From contig JAUCBJ010001599.1 of the NCBI GenBank assembly GCA_032718475.1, forward strand, positions 1-44,078: a DNA stretch of 44,078 nucleotides, given 5' to 3'. The translations under genes and the position numbers were made by a program. Source of the stretch: Nemertoderma westbladi. Lineage: Eukaryota; Animalia; Xenacoelomorpha. This document shows positions 12,669 through 26,280 of this stretch, piece after piece. The notes under the pieces were generated by a model. It ran no database searches and had not been told where the DNA came from. It saw only the letters and a program-made list of their open reading frames with translations. Positions within the stretch are counted from its first letter, which is position 1. The number at the start of each line of letters is the position of its first letter.

Positions 12669-14880
12669 TGAATACGCAGCATGAATACGTTGCTGGACAT
12701 ACATTGAGTGAATGAATACGTTGCTGGACATACATTGAGTGAATGAATACGTTGCTGGACATACATTGAGTGAATGAATACGTTGCTGGACGACATACAT
12801 TGAGTGAATGAATACGTTGCTGGACGACATACATTGAGTGAATGAATACGTTGCTGGACATACATTGTGTGAATGAATACATTGCTGGACGACATACATT
12901 GAGTGAATGAATACGTTGCTGGACTTACATTGAGTGAATGAATACGTTGCTGGACGAACATTGAGTGAATGAATACGTTGCTGGACGACATACATTGAGT
13001 GAATGAATACGTTGCTGGACGACATACATTGAGTGAATGAATACGTTGCTGGACATACATTGTGTGAATGAATACATTGCTGGACGACATACATTGAGTG
13101 AATGAATACATTGCTGGACATACATTGAGTGAATGAATACGTTGCTGGACATACATTGAGTGAATGAATACGTTGCTGGACGAACATTGAGTGAATGAAT
13201 ACGTTGCTGGACACACATTGAGTGAATGAATACATTGCTGGACGACATACATTGAGTGAATGAATACGTTGCTGGACATACATTGAGTGAATGAATACGT
13301 TGCTGGACATACATTGAGTGAATGAATACGTTGCTGGACATACATTGAGTGAATGAATACGTTGCTGGACGACATACATTGAGTGAATGAATACGTTGCT
13401 GGACATACATTGTGTGAATGAATACATTGCTGGACGACATACATTGAGTGAATGAATACGTTGCTGGACTTACATTGAGTGAATGAATACATTGCTGGAC
13501 ATACATTGAGTGAATGAATACGTTGCTGGACATACATTGAGTGAATGAATACGTTGCTGGACGAACATTGAGTGAATGAATACGTTGCTGGACACACATT
13601 GAGTGAATGAATACATTGCTCGACGACATACATTGAGTGAATGAATACGTTGCTGGACATACATTGAGTGAATGAATACGTTGCTGGACATACATTGAGT
13701 GAATGAATACGTTGCTGGACATACATTGAGTGAATGAATACGTTGCTGGACATACATTGTGTGAATGAATACATTGCTGGACGACATACATTGAGTGAAT
13801 GAATACGTTGCTGGACTTACATTGAGTGAATGAATACATTGCTGGACGAACATTGAGTGAATGAATACGTTGCTGGACGACATACATTGAGTGAATGAAT
13901 ACGTTGCTGGACATACATTGAGTGAATGAATACGTTGCTGGACACACATTGAGTGAATGAATACATTGCTGGACGACATACATTGAGTGAATGAATACGT
14001 TGCTGGCATAATTTGAGTGAATGAATACGTTGCTGGACATACATTGAGTGAATGAATACGTTGCTGGACATACATTGAGTGAATGAATACGTTGCTGGAC
14101 ACACATTGAGTGAATGAATACATTGCTGGACGACATACATTGAGTGAATGAATACGTTGCTGGACATACATTGAGTGAATGAATACATTGCGGACGACAT
14201 ACATTGAGTGAATGAATACGTTGCTGGACACACATTGAGTGAATGAATACATTGCTGGACATACATTGAGTGAATGAATACGTTGCTGGACATACATTGA
14301 GTGAATGAATACGTTGCTGGACTTACATTGAGTGAATGAATACATTGCTGGACGAACATTGAGTGAATGAATACGTTGCTGGACGACATACATTGAGTGA
14401 ATGAATACGTTGCTGGACATACATTGAGTGAATGAATACGTTGCTGGACGAACATTGAGTGAATGAATACGTTGCTGGACAAACATTGTGTGAATGAATA
14501 CGTTGCTGGTCATACATTGAGTGAATGAATACGTTGCTGGTCATACATTGAGTGAATGAATACGTTGCTGGACTTACATTGAGTGAATGAATACGTTGCT
14601 GGACATTCATTGAGTGAATGAATAAGTTTCTGGACATACATGAGTGAATGAATACGTTGCTGGACGAACATTGAGTGAATGAATACGTTGCTGGACACAC
14701 ATTGAGTGAATGAATACGTTGCTGGACTTACATTGAGTGAATGAATACGTTGCTGGACACACATTGAGTGAATGAATACGTTGCTGGATATACATTGAGT
14801 GAATGAATAAGTTTCTGGACATACATTAGATGAATACGCTGATGACATACATTGAGTGAATAGGTAGTCGGTCATACATT
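12668..14880. repeat. 31/34-bp minisatellite, ~70 copies
   Basis: Unit ATGAATACGTTGCTGGAC(GAC)ATACATTGAGTGA, decaying at the right end. Confidence 0.98.
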
Positions 14881-15089
14881 AAGGGATATAGTCTGAATGT
14901 ATGTGCATCGGCATGGGCAATGGGCATGCAAACAATATGTAAATTTATGTAATCAATGATAAGAAAAGGAGTAGGAAATCGAATTGTTTCTTAGAAGTAC
15001 CACGGGTTATTCAGTAGCTCGAGCGAATTGCGGCGCCTTGGGCTTGGAGAGTTGGCCGTTTGTTGATGGGATTGGTGATGAAATAAGGT

Positions 15090-15124
<35 letters not shown>

Positions 15125-15580
15125 CATAACCTGAGCCTCCCGGGGAATTCACCAAGGAAATCAGAAATCCCATTATTATCGGTAAAATGAAACAGTCGGT
15201 AAAATCTATTCTATCTATGCAGCCACAACTGAGTGGTGATTGCTGCTCCCTTGGCTGGTACGCTTTATGTAATGTAAACTGGAATTAAGTTACAAATCTA
15301 ATCAAAATACCATGGAAGAAAGCTATGGAGGCATAACACAATCAGAAAAATATACCTACTCCTGCGACTAAAAGGGCAAAACAATCTCAGGCAACACACA
15401 TAACTCATTATTTGAATCTATTCTGCAACTTAAAGCCACCACCACGTTATTATGCTGATACATCCCCGCCCAGACCCGCAACGGAACAAACCCACGTAAA
15501 AAACAAATACAAATATGAGCCTATCTACTGTAAGACTGGGTTGCGTCTAGTACTTTTTAGTTTTTATACAATAATTATTA

Positions 15581-16112
15581 AAAGATGATGGAGACACAGA
15601 GAGGATGTAAAGATGATGGAGACACAGAGAGGATGTAAAGATGATGGAGACACAGAGAGGATGTAAAGATGATGGAGACACAGAGAGGATGTAAAGATGA
15701 TGGAGACACAGAGAGGATGTAAAGATGATGGAGACACAGAGAGGATGTAAAGATGATGGAGACACAGAGAGGATGTAAAGATGATGGAGACACAGAGAGG
15801 ATGTAAAGATGATGGAGACACAGAGAGGATGTAAAGATGATGGAGACACAGAGAGGATGTAAAGATGATGGAGACACAGAGAGGATGTAAAGATGATGGA
15901 GACACAGAGAGGATGTAAAGATGATGGAGACACAGAGAGGATGTAAAGATGATGGAGACACAGAGAGGATGTAAAGATGATGGAGACACAGAGAGGATGT
16001 AAAGATGATGGAGACACAGAGAGGATGTAAAGATGATGGAGACACAGAGAGGATGTAAAGATGATGGAGACACAGAGAGGATGTAAAGATGATGGAGACA
16101 CAGAGAGGATGT
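15581..16112. repeat. 28-bp minisatellite, 19 identical copies
   Basis: Unit AAAGATGATGGAGACACAGAGAGGATGT. Confidence 0.98.
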
Positions 16113-17029
16113 AAAGGATGTTGGTTTTAAGAAAATCACCGCCTTGACCGGCTAACGCCCATAATTTGAAGCTCAATTAGAATTGTTACAGTTTAGAATA
16201 TTAATTGGGTGGAAAATCCAAGGAATTATGTGAACCCATAAAGAAAGTAAGTGGTAAGTTGATAAATTGACCACCTGAGATTAAGTACCATAAATTTATA
16301 TATTTGCGACACCTGATACCAAAGGACTATCGATCAAATTCTCCAACGCATGAACACATAAGATTCATTGAATTATAGCAGCTAGAGTCGCCCAATCTAT
16401 AAAACAGATGGCTAATTAATATTCATAAATGTCCCTTAAGGGAAACCTTATCGGCTTAGTTACAGGGTATGCCTAGATTGACTACAATGTACGATTGCCA
16501 TTCAGTATAAATTTAAGTCAACTAAATCTAACAGTACGCTAGATATACAAGGATGGGCAATCTTTGGAGTGGAACATTTTCATTAACTAAGAATTCCGCT
16601 ATATTTTTGACAGGCTGCTTTTTGACAGGGCATTGACCCCTGGAAGAGCGAGCTATGTACCCCGTATCTGTATAATATATGGAATAAGGGTTGCACGTAA
16701 AACTAATCGCAAGTCGTAATTTCGTAATTAGATACCGCGGAGGAATTAGTAAGTAGGAAATCCCCAGTATCTGGCCCATATCACCGTAATTTGCCTGGGG
16801 ATTACTCCATAATTAGGGGAATTATTTTGAAGACGCGATAACAAGTGAGATATACCACCTTCATAAAATACAGGGAACTTACATTAAAAGGGAAACTGCC
16901 TCATAAAGCTCCTAAGTTCAAGATAGAGACTTTGAATTTATGATCTTAATATAAGATAATAATGGGGGGGGATCAATCACCAATTATAGGCCAAAAATTT
17001 CAAAAAACCTTTTTTGTTAGATTTTTGAC

Positions 17030-17400
17030 GCAGAATTTAATGGAGAATCCTAACATGTAAGTTATTGCCTCTCATCGTGTTTACTCTTTGACGATTTTAC
17101 TATTGAATGTTTTAACATTATGTTAGTAAAACAATGTGTTTCCTGAAAGATAGACAGACTATATTTTGCCAAACATCCAAAATGAAATCGGCAATGAAAT
17201 CAGCGACCTGGAAATCCCATAGCGACAATTGTAGGATGTCGTGTGTTTTTATTATATTTTGACGTACAAACAAACAGACATACGCAAATTCCGACAGACA
17301 GAGACAGACAGACAGGCGAGATTTTTCCAAACATGAAAACTAATATCAGAAATGAAATCACCGACCACGAAAACCCCCGCAACGAAAATTCCAGCAGTGT
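17030..17400. mobile_element. Dispersed repeat with (CAGA)n microsatellite, related to ~36050-36360
   Basis: Shared ATCAGAAATGAA..ACCGACCACGAAAACCC and CAGACAGACA tracts. Boundaries and class are uncertain. Confidence 0.55.
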
Positions 17401-18636
17401 GTTTCAATAAATTACTATTATAATTATTACATATTGACAGTCAGTTGACGTACAATCCGAGCCATTTTATTTGAAATATTTATTTTCGATAGGAATTTTG
17501 AGTGTAAGTTGTGTTTTGGTCTGATAATTTGAGAAGATTAAAAAAAAAATTTTTGGTTAAAATTACACTTCTGATCAAATTCAAAAATTATGTTGGTCTA
17601 TATGTCTAGACAATTGACTAAAATTTTGAATCAATTTGATTAAAAAATGACGGAGCAGTAGCATTTAGTCTGAAAATCGTAAAATTTGAATAAATTCGCG
17701 GAAATTTAAATGTAAGTTTTTTCCTTGAGATTCCTCATAAGAACTAACTAATACACAAATAATGTACAATTTCAATGCATATTAGTAGGTGTCTCCAAAA
17801 GTATACTACTACACAACTATAATCAGCCTATTACATTACAGCTGCACATTGAGATGCTATGCTGGTTTAACAAAAAAATGTTGTGCCTCCACCAGGGATG
17901 GCGTTACGAAACGAAACGAATGTAATTTCAGTTTCGTTTCGTTTTCAAAAATTTCGTTTCGTTTCGTTTCGTTTAGTTTTTTATCTATCTATGAAGTTTT
18001 CGTTACGTTTCATACATTTTAAATTCGTTTTTCGTTTTTTTTTTTTTTATTTTTGATTGGGTGTATCAAATAAAAGTATGATATTTCTTGATACTTCTTA
18101 TATAGTTATTTGTGATCCCTCGGGAAATTCTAAAGAAATTGGCATAATCGAGGCCAAATAAAGGGCAGAGTAGGGGAGAATATAGATTGAAATATAGTGA
18201 TGTTCCAGAATAATTTAATCAATTTTGTAATAAGCTGTGATTCAATGGGAATGGAATACAATTTCCAATGATCTGTCGCACATTAAGTATCATACAAGTT
18301 TAAAAACATCAAAAATTGCCTCACATATTAAGGTAACATGATACAAAAAATTATACAATTTCACAGTTGGAAAAAAAGCTTATGGTGGGCTTTATCTGGT
18401 GGTAGAACTTAATTAATAGAGTTCACCTAAACTATAAAGGAGTTAAAAAGGGTATAATTCTAATGTGAATAATAAGTGAATTGTTGTGGGGTGAGTGACG
18501 CGGTGTATTAAATATACAATGTGAATAAGTAATAATATAACAAATAATAATATAATAAATAATAACGAACTTGTACTTTCCTTTGAGTGATTGTATGGCC
18601 TTAATATGATCTTCCACTCCACAGCGAAATATTCAT

Positions 18637-18724
18637 CCGGTCTGGTAGCTCAGTACACTCACCCGGCTGATGATAACCAGAAGTTTGAAACCTAGGTACC
18701 GGGTTCGAGCCCCAATAGGGCCGG
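18637..18724 (+). other. tRNA-like sequence (pseudo-tRNA or SINE head)
   Basis: GGTCTGGTAGCTCAGT...GGGTTCGAGCCC..AGGGCCGG. The T-arm is intact; the D and anticodon regions are non-canonical. Confidence 0.5.
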
Positions 18725-18942
18725 TTGATATTTTTCGCTAAGGAGAGCATTATCATATTGTCTTATTCACATTGTATATTTAATTCTAATGTGATAACGA
18801 CACTCCATGCATATGGAGTGTCATTTGCGTTTCATTGCGTTAATGACACTCGCGTAAACCATGTATCTCATGCGAGTTACATTGCTTTGGCTTAGGAACA
18901 GCTGTGGAAATTTATATAATTTACATGATGTAATAGAAGTAC

Positions 18943-19182
18943 ACTGCAACTTGTAAGGTAAATCCATGTAACTCTAAAATAAAATACATTTTTTAAATAG
19001 CTAGCTTAAGTTTGGAGCTCTACGACTTTCTTATTGTATCTAAATATAATATTCGACTAAACTTTCGTGTTGAAAATGTTCACACAGACATTCACATGTT
19101 TTCGTGCAGATCCGTTAACTTTAAATTGATTTTTTTAAAACTAGATTTTTTGAGTTACATGGTTTTGACTTAGGAGGGCAGC
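18943..19182. mobile_element. Degenerate MITE
   Basis: Imperfect ~35-bp inverted ends sharing CCATGTAACTC / GAGTTACATGG. Confidence 0.45.
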
Positions 19183-19356
19183 ATAGTGGACAAACGTTTT
19201 CACAAAATTTGGGAAAATCTCACCTAAAGTTACTTTGTAAAATCCATGTTGCTATGTAAGGAAACATGAAATTGAATGTGTTGTTAATATGGTGAATGGT
19301 CAGATTTTTTGGTTTGTCACAATTTAACCTTTTTATGTCGCAAAGACAAGCCACTA

Positions 19357-20223
19357 CACCATGTCCTGGAATATAGTGTCGTTATTCAGGTACCTGCCCC
19401 CCCCCCCCCCAAATTTTTCTACAAAGCATAATGAAATTTGAAACAGAGATAATTTCACCTCCCTCATCCTTGCTGGGTGAGCCAGAATTTTTATTTTTGC
19501 TTTCAATCTTTAGCTACAAGCGCTTAAAAAAGGTGTCTCCGTGATATTTCTCCAGTTACACTCCAGTTATTCTTCAATCTTATACTGATGGAAAGCTGGC
19601 CATGCAAGGATTCCAAATATGTAACATAATCTGAATTTGGTTGGGAAATAGCTGAGATATGAGCGTTCAAAAGTTGCATGGTTTTGCATCTGCATGAGGC
19701 TATTTTATTCTATTAAATAAAAATACCATATTCTAGAACATTTTCTTTATTTATGAATAGCTAAGTAATAGTATATAATTAAAGAGGCATTGCATTGTTG
19801 CCCAGCTACGTATGGAATAAACAAAATGTTCTAGAACATTGTGTGTTTATTAAATACAAATACATGCAACATTCGAATGCCCATATCTCCGCTATTTCCC
19901 AACCAAATTCAAATGTTTTTACATATTTGGAATCCTTGCATGGGCAGCTTTCTATTGGTACCAACAAATCACTATAAGGTTGAAGAATGATTGCACTGCG
20001 AGACTGTGACCTGTGGAATATTGCCTGAGACACCTTTTACAAACGTTTGTAGCTAAAGAATGAAAGCGAAAATAAAAATTCTGGCTCACCCACGGAGGAG
20101 GAGGGAGGTGAAATTATCTCTATTTCAAATTTGATGCAATCTCATTAAGATTTGTAGAAAAATTTGGGGGGGGGGGGGGGGGGCAGGTACCTGAATAACG
20201 ACACTATATTCCAGGACATGGTG
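19357..20223. mobile_element. Foldback MITE with ~400-bp terminal inverted repeats
   Basis: TA|CACCATGTCCTGGAATATAGTGTCG...CGACACTATATTCCAGGACATGGTG|TA. The arms stay complementary almost to the centre. Related fragments lie at ~9710-9860 and ~43740-43880. Confidence 0.9.
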
Positions 20224-20724
20224 TAATATAAAATACATTATAGAGTAAATGGAGACGCTTTAAGCGCTCAATTTAGACACTAAAGCTAAGGAAAATTAAA
20301 GAGCAGACCAAGGTGGATATAGGTGCATTCTTATTCGGTTAGTTAAAATTAAAAAAACTTTTGTGTGGCGCTCTTAAACCTTTTGTGTGGCGCTCTTAAA
20401 CCTATTGGTTTGGGCAAAATGAATACTAGTTTCCCAAATTAAATATGAAATTATTTAAGATAGTAAATATATAATATGTCTGTCTATGTCGATTATTTGA
20501 ACAACGTAAAGTAATATTTTAAGTTTAAAGATCATTTTATTTTATTGCGGCAATATTTTAAAAAGTTCGTATTTTTTGTAACAAACAAGCTCCGCATCTG
20601 TTACGAAGTTGGCAGTTATAATGCTGCGATAATGGCTTTTGAAATACAACCATAGCCCCATGCTAATTAGTGGGAACGCCATAAGGCATTCCCATGTAGT
20701 AAAACATATAAACAAGAAACCCAC

Positions 20725-21072
20725 TTGAAGGACTGTGACCTTGTGCATGGCAACGTGGTGTATCCGAAGTTGGGATTCTTCGACTCGAGTTTCAGCAGGT
20801 AGAGTTGTACCAGACTGCCCATGGCTTCTCGGATAACCTCCAGGTGGTAGCATGGATCACGACGTTGCTCAGCGACCGGTCGACGCGACGTAGAGGGTTC
20901 ACCCTCGGGGGAAGCGAGTGGGGGTTGCCCTGGTAGCGAGTCAATCACTTTGCTTGCCGTTTCGTCCGTTGTAGGCTGGGGAGCTACAAATTTGAAGGTC
21001 TTTACATCGGCGTATTCCAGTAGTTCAGCTAGCGCTCTGTTTACGTTATTATGGCAGGAAATAACGGCGGCA
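20725..21072 (-). CDS. RAPGEF1: RAPGEF1/C3G-like exon (SAAVISCHNNVNRALAELLEYAD...)
   Basis: Acceptor TTCAG, donor GTGGGT, phase 2-2. Resembles C3G SALSSCYSRVYQSLANLIRWSD. Confidence 0.8.
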
Positions 21073-22396
21073 CTGAAATACAATGTATGTCATTAAATTA
21101 TCTTATTCCCGTAAATAAATAAACCACAGACAAACAGAAACAACAATAAACTCATTAAATACCACAAAAATGACATGAATAATTATCAAAATCGCAAAGG
21201 GGAAAAGGTTGATTTAATTTAATATTATTATTAAAAACAAGCCGGGATTACATTAGGGTCAATCAAAGCAATCAGTCAAATACCAGCTGAGTGAGTTAAC
21301 AATAATACAATCGTGGATTAATTACGAGATACGAGGTCGCATATCAGATGGAGAGAGTCGGGTGACAAACTTCATTCGAACTCGCTAGCTCAGCGGAAAA
21401 ACACAAGGTTGGGTTACCTAGTTTGGTCCGCACAGGTAAATTCCTAAACAATAATTTACTAGAAGGGAACGAGAAATAGCTATTACTAATAGTGTAGTGA
21501 GGTAATAAATATACCGTAATTTGAGCTGTTAGCTTTAAGGAGCTTAGGAAAGCACTTTATCATATATCACTCATGGCGGCAGAACATATCAATCGTTATG
21601 GGAAAACATGATTTGGGATAGAAATTCAAAATGTACTGCGACACAGCACGACTGCACAATAATACTTCCCCTGTCGCACTGTCAGTTGAATTGCATGAGG
21701 GGGGGGGGGGGGGGGGGGGCATAAACTTTCACATTGGGAATTACAATGAGGGTTTCCTTATCATTAGTTTGAATCTGGTTGTACTGTGACTACCGGGGCC
21801 CCCCCTTGGAGTCGCAGTAAATGCTCTCCGATGTGTAGTATAACGATGTAGTATAATGGGACTGGCGTGGAATTATTCATTGTCCCAAATTAATTCAATG
21901 GAAGAAGGAATATAAAGTAAAGCACATCCTGCGGCAGGGCAGAAACGACGGGGTTGGTTTCCTGTTATCCTGCCCAGAGAACCCAAGGTTGGAACTGGAG
22001 GTCGCCAATAGCAACCACACCGCCCCAAGGCGAGGAAGGCCAATAAATCGTTGGCTACTAGAATCGACTCGAGTTGGAAATCCTTCCCCCAGGAATGTCG
22101 GAAAGTGTTTAACTTCCACGGATGAAAGGGAAATGACAAATGCTCGGCATGAGTTGACGGTCAAGGTTAACTTTAAAACTAAGGAAGCCTGGGGAGAGCC
22201 ATGAACTAAGTGAAAGATTCCATTATAATTAATTATTTCCCGCAAAGTTCCGTTACCAGCTAAAATGCCAATTATTTAGATAATTAATTTATTTCATATT
22301 GCACTGTAAAGTCCCGTTTTCGCTTGGCCGCTTTTGGGACGTTTCTCCAGAAGTTAGTTCACATGTTATTATTTTTAAAAAAAAACGTGAGTAAAC

Positions 22397-23060
22397 CCAA
22401 GGACTTCTAGAACATAGCATATATTCATAGTATATATATATTAGTATATACATAGTGTATATATTAGTATATTCATAGTATATATATTAGTATATACATA
22501 GTATATATATTAGTATATACATAGTATATATATTAGTATATTCATAGTATATATATTAGTATATACATAGTATATATAATAGTCTATACATAGTATATAT
22601 ATTAGTATATACAAAGTATATATATTAGTATATTCATAGTATATATATTAGTATATAGTATATATATTAGTATATACATAGTATATATATTAGTATATTC
22701 ATAGTATATATATTAGTATATACATAGTATATATATTAGTATATTCATAGTATATATTAGTATATACATAGTATATATATTAGTATATACATAGTATATA
22801 TATTAGTATATTCATAGTATATATATTAGTATATACATAGTATATATATTAGTATATACATAGTATATATATTAGTATATTCATAGTATATATATATTAG
22901 TATATACATAGTATATATATTAGTATATACATAGTATATATATTAGTATATACATAGTATATATATTAGTATATACATAGTATATATATTAGTATATACA
23001 TAGTATATATATTAGTATATACATAGTATATATATTATAATGTGTTCTAGAAGTCCTTGG
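22397..23060. mobile_element. MITE-like element whose interior is a 23-bp AT-rich minisatellite
   Basis: Perfect 18-bp TIR CCAAGGACTTCTAGAACA; interior (CATAGTATATATATTAGTATATA)n; no clear TSD. A lone related end lies at ~34698. Confidence 0.7.
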
Positions 23061-24032
23061 TGAAACGGCTGATTTTTCTCTATTAATAAAAAATAAAGCG
23101 ATTCTAGAACGTTAAATTTAAATAAATTTTATATTTTGCAATTAGTGGAGTCTGTTATGCCCAATATGCATTACATTTTACAAACGCCTGGAAATTGCTA
23201 TGATGAAGCGCAACAGTGTGGTACATTTGAAAATCACTATTTTTTTTATAAAAAATAAATAAACAATTTACAGGTCATTTACAAACAACATTTTCTATCT
23301 CCAAACGTCGTTTTACGGTAAAATCAGATTTTTTTAGACCATTGCATTTCGTAATACATGTTCTCCATCCGCCATACAAATATATTGTGTATATATAACG
23401 ATTTCAATCCCTCGGATTTCTACTACTATAGTCTAGTACACAGACACACCCTGAAGGTGTACACGATAGGGTTGTGGGAGATAGCGGAACAGGTGCAGTA
23501 ACACATTGGTATATCTAGTACATTGTTGTTCGCATTATAATAATGAATAATGATGTGTCAATTTCAACCAATCCATTAACTTTACCTGGAACCGCAGCGC
23601 CTTACATAGAGTTACTACTGATTAGTTGAGCTTCTGATGGGGAAGAGGCGGTGCCGATAAAATTATTAGATTTTAAAGAAGCAGGTGGAACTTTTGAATA
23701 CGTGGGCAGGAGAGAATAATTATAATCATTGCTCGAAGTAATAATACAGTGCTAGCTTTTGTGATGGAGTGTTACATTATAGGGAAATATCTGACACAAG
23801 GAGTCGAAGGTTATCTATCAATAGCCAACAGATTGGAACACTGAAATTGTGAAATTCCCATTTTCTTGGGGACAAATTTATCCATTTCGAAACTTTAGAA
23901 GATCTCAAGTTAGTTGTTACAAATTTAATTAAAATTAATTTAGTTACATACAAGTATAAACAATAAGGATCAAATCTTCTAGTAAAGTATGTTAGTCCAT
24001 CAGTATTATGTTTTTATCAAATTAAATCTTTC

Positions 24033-26280
24033 TGATTGTGTGCTACTCTCCAACTAGTGTTGCCCCTGTAGAGGAGGTGGAAAATTTCTACCACAATCTA
24101 CAAGCAGCAACTGATGGAGTGGATTAGCATGCATTCTTAACATTCCTGGGATACTTTAATGCAAGTCTGCATCAATCACCTACATCGCCCTGGGTCTATA
24201 GCGATTGTGTTAACCGAAATTCCGTCCATCTTCAGGATTTTATCTCTGGAAATGGATTGTTTTCGGCTGGAACCAAGTTCAAGAGCTATACTGCCTTCAC
24301 AGAAGCAGTTAAGTTAACAGCTGCAGAAACAGTTCCTGTATACCCTCGACACAGGAAAAGGGCCCCCTGGACTGACAACAAAATTCAGAAGTGCCGAAAT
24401 GACCTCTATAAGGCGCAGAAAGAGTCCCGACTCATACAGACTACAGCGGCCAAGAATGCAGTTAAGGCTGCATCTAGGTCCCTGAACAGGCAGCACTCTG
24501 TTAATTTACAGGAGCTAATAAACCAACAGGTTGATGCCATCAATGATGCTGACGACAGCAGGCAATCATCCCAGGCATGGAAATCGATCAACTTGCTTAC
24601 TGGGTGGAAAAGCCAACCAAACAAACAGCAAGGTTAAAGCTGAATCACGAGCCGATCGCCTCAATGGTTGGAAGGCCCACTTTGAAAAGCTCCTCAATAA
24701 TGACAGGGTACTGCCTGATAACTTTATAGAAGTAAAAGTGTCTGAGTCTGTACTCCCAGATATTCCCATTGGCGATATCTCCTTTGCAGAAGTGAAGGCT
24801 GCTGCAAAGAGCATTAAGACCAATCGTGCCAGTGGAGTAGATGTTGTTCCCCCTGAGGTCTTTAAAATACCTGAGTGTTTAAAGCTCATCTATCCCATCA
24901 TAGTAGACAAAACTAGACATGTACCGAACAACAAGAGTCCCACAAGAAATGAAAACAAATAAATTGGTGCCAGTTCCCAAGAAGGGCAACCTAACACTCT
25001 ATGGTTCTTTTCGGAGAATCTAGATTCCGTAAAGGTCGTGGGACCATGGAGCCCATTTTGGCACTTAGAAGGATAATTGAAGAGTTATCAAAAAAGAAAG
25101 ACAGGCATCTGGCTGTTATCTTTGTTGACTTCTTCAAGGCCTTTGATTCAGTCTCTCGCTCACGTATGTTCAGCATACTTTCATTATATGGGATTCCTGA
25201 TGCAATTATTGCAGCAATTAGATCAGTATACGATGGTTCGACAACATTTGTGACTACTGTTGACGGTGACACAGAACCATTTGAAGTGTTATGGGGCGTC
25301 CTCCAGGGAGACACACTTGCACCATTCTTGTTCATAATTGTGGTTGACTATGTTCTACGCATGTCCTTAGATCATCATAATGATGATGGAGTGATGATAA
25401 CTCCACCTACTGGCTCCAGAAGTCGAGGAAATCCTGCCAAGTAAATAACTGATCTAGACTTTGCTGATGACTTAGGAGTACACTCAGAATCACTAGAGGT
25501 TGCCCAACGGCTCCTCAGCTCATTAGAACATGCTGCTTCTAGTGTTGGTCTTTTTATTAACTCCAGAAAGACCAAAATTTTGACAGTTAACTTTGAAAGT
25601 CCTCAGCAAGTCTCTGATCGGATGAGCATAAGTTCAAAAGATGGTATGCTTGAGCATGTGGATGACTTCTGTTACCTGGGATCATGGATCCGGAAGTCAG
25701 GTGAGGACCTTCGAATACGTAAGGGAAAGGCATGGGCAGCCTTGAATAGGATTTCCAGGATTTGGAAGTCCCCGAGAATTAATCGGAAACTTAAGGTCCG
25801 ATTATTTAGAGCAGCAGTAGTTCCAGTACTCCTCTATGGGAGTCCATGCTGGGCTCTAACTGCTGAGGACACCAAATCTCTGGATGGCACATTCACAAGA
25901 ATGCTACGCCGGGTTCATTGTGTCAAGTACAATGCACACATCTCCAACCAGACACTATATAACATTGGAGGTGTCTCATTGGTTCCCCCAAGCTTGACAC
26001 TAGAACAAAATCGCATCCGCTTTGCAGGACATTGCTTTCGCCGTGAGGACCAGCCAGTGCATAATCTTGTACTTTGGCAGCCTCATGGAGTGAATAGGCA
26101 TGGTGGACAGCCCATGACTTTCTTGAGACGCATCTTAAAGGACACTGGCCTTGAAGATGCGGATGATCTAGCAAATGTCATGGGTGATAGGGAGTTGTGG
26201 CGGCGCAATTTTGTCGACAAGCCGGCACAGCATTCTTAAAAATGCAGCTGCAATGCAGCATGCCGATCATAGTAGTAGTA
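24033..26280 (+). mobile_element. Degenerate RTE-clade non-LTR retrotransposon
   Basis: APE remnant (CYSPTS), VPVPKKGNL, FVDFFKAFDSV, GVLQGDTLAPFLF, DLDFADD, FCYLGS, LLYGS and a short (TAG)n tail. Has an in-frame stop at 25442, frameshifts and internal deletions. Confidence 0.93.

Noticed and set aside
12619-14875. Long minus-strand ORFs up to 445 aa
   Set aside because: They are open in all three frames only because the 31/34-bp unit lacks stops. The same applies to ORFs at 1400-2560 and 15547-16176.
11481-16112. Tandem arrays as CRISPR arrays
   Set aside because: Units are contiguous with no unique spacers, there are no cas genes, and the context is a eukaryotic intron.
16184-16843. Solo LTR (TGTTA...TAACA)
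   Set aside because: No matching TSD and no second copy or PBS/PPT seen.
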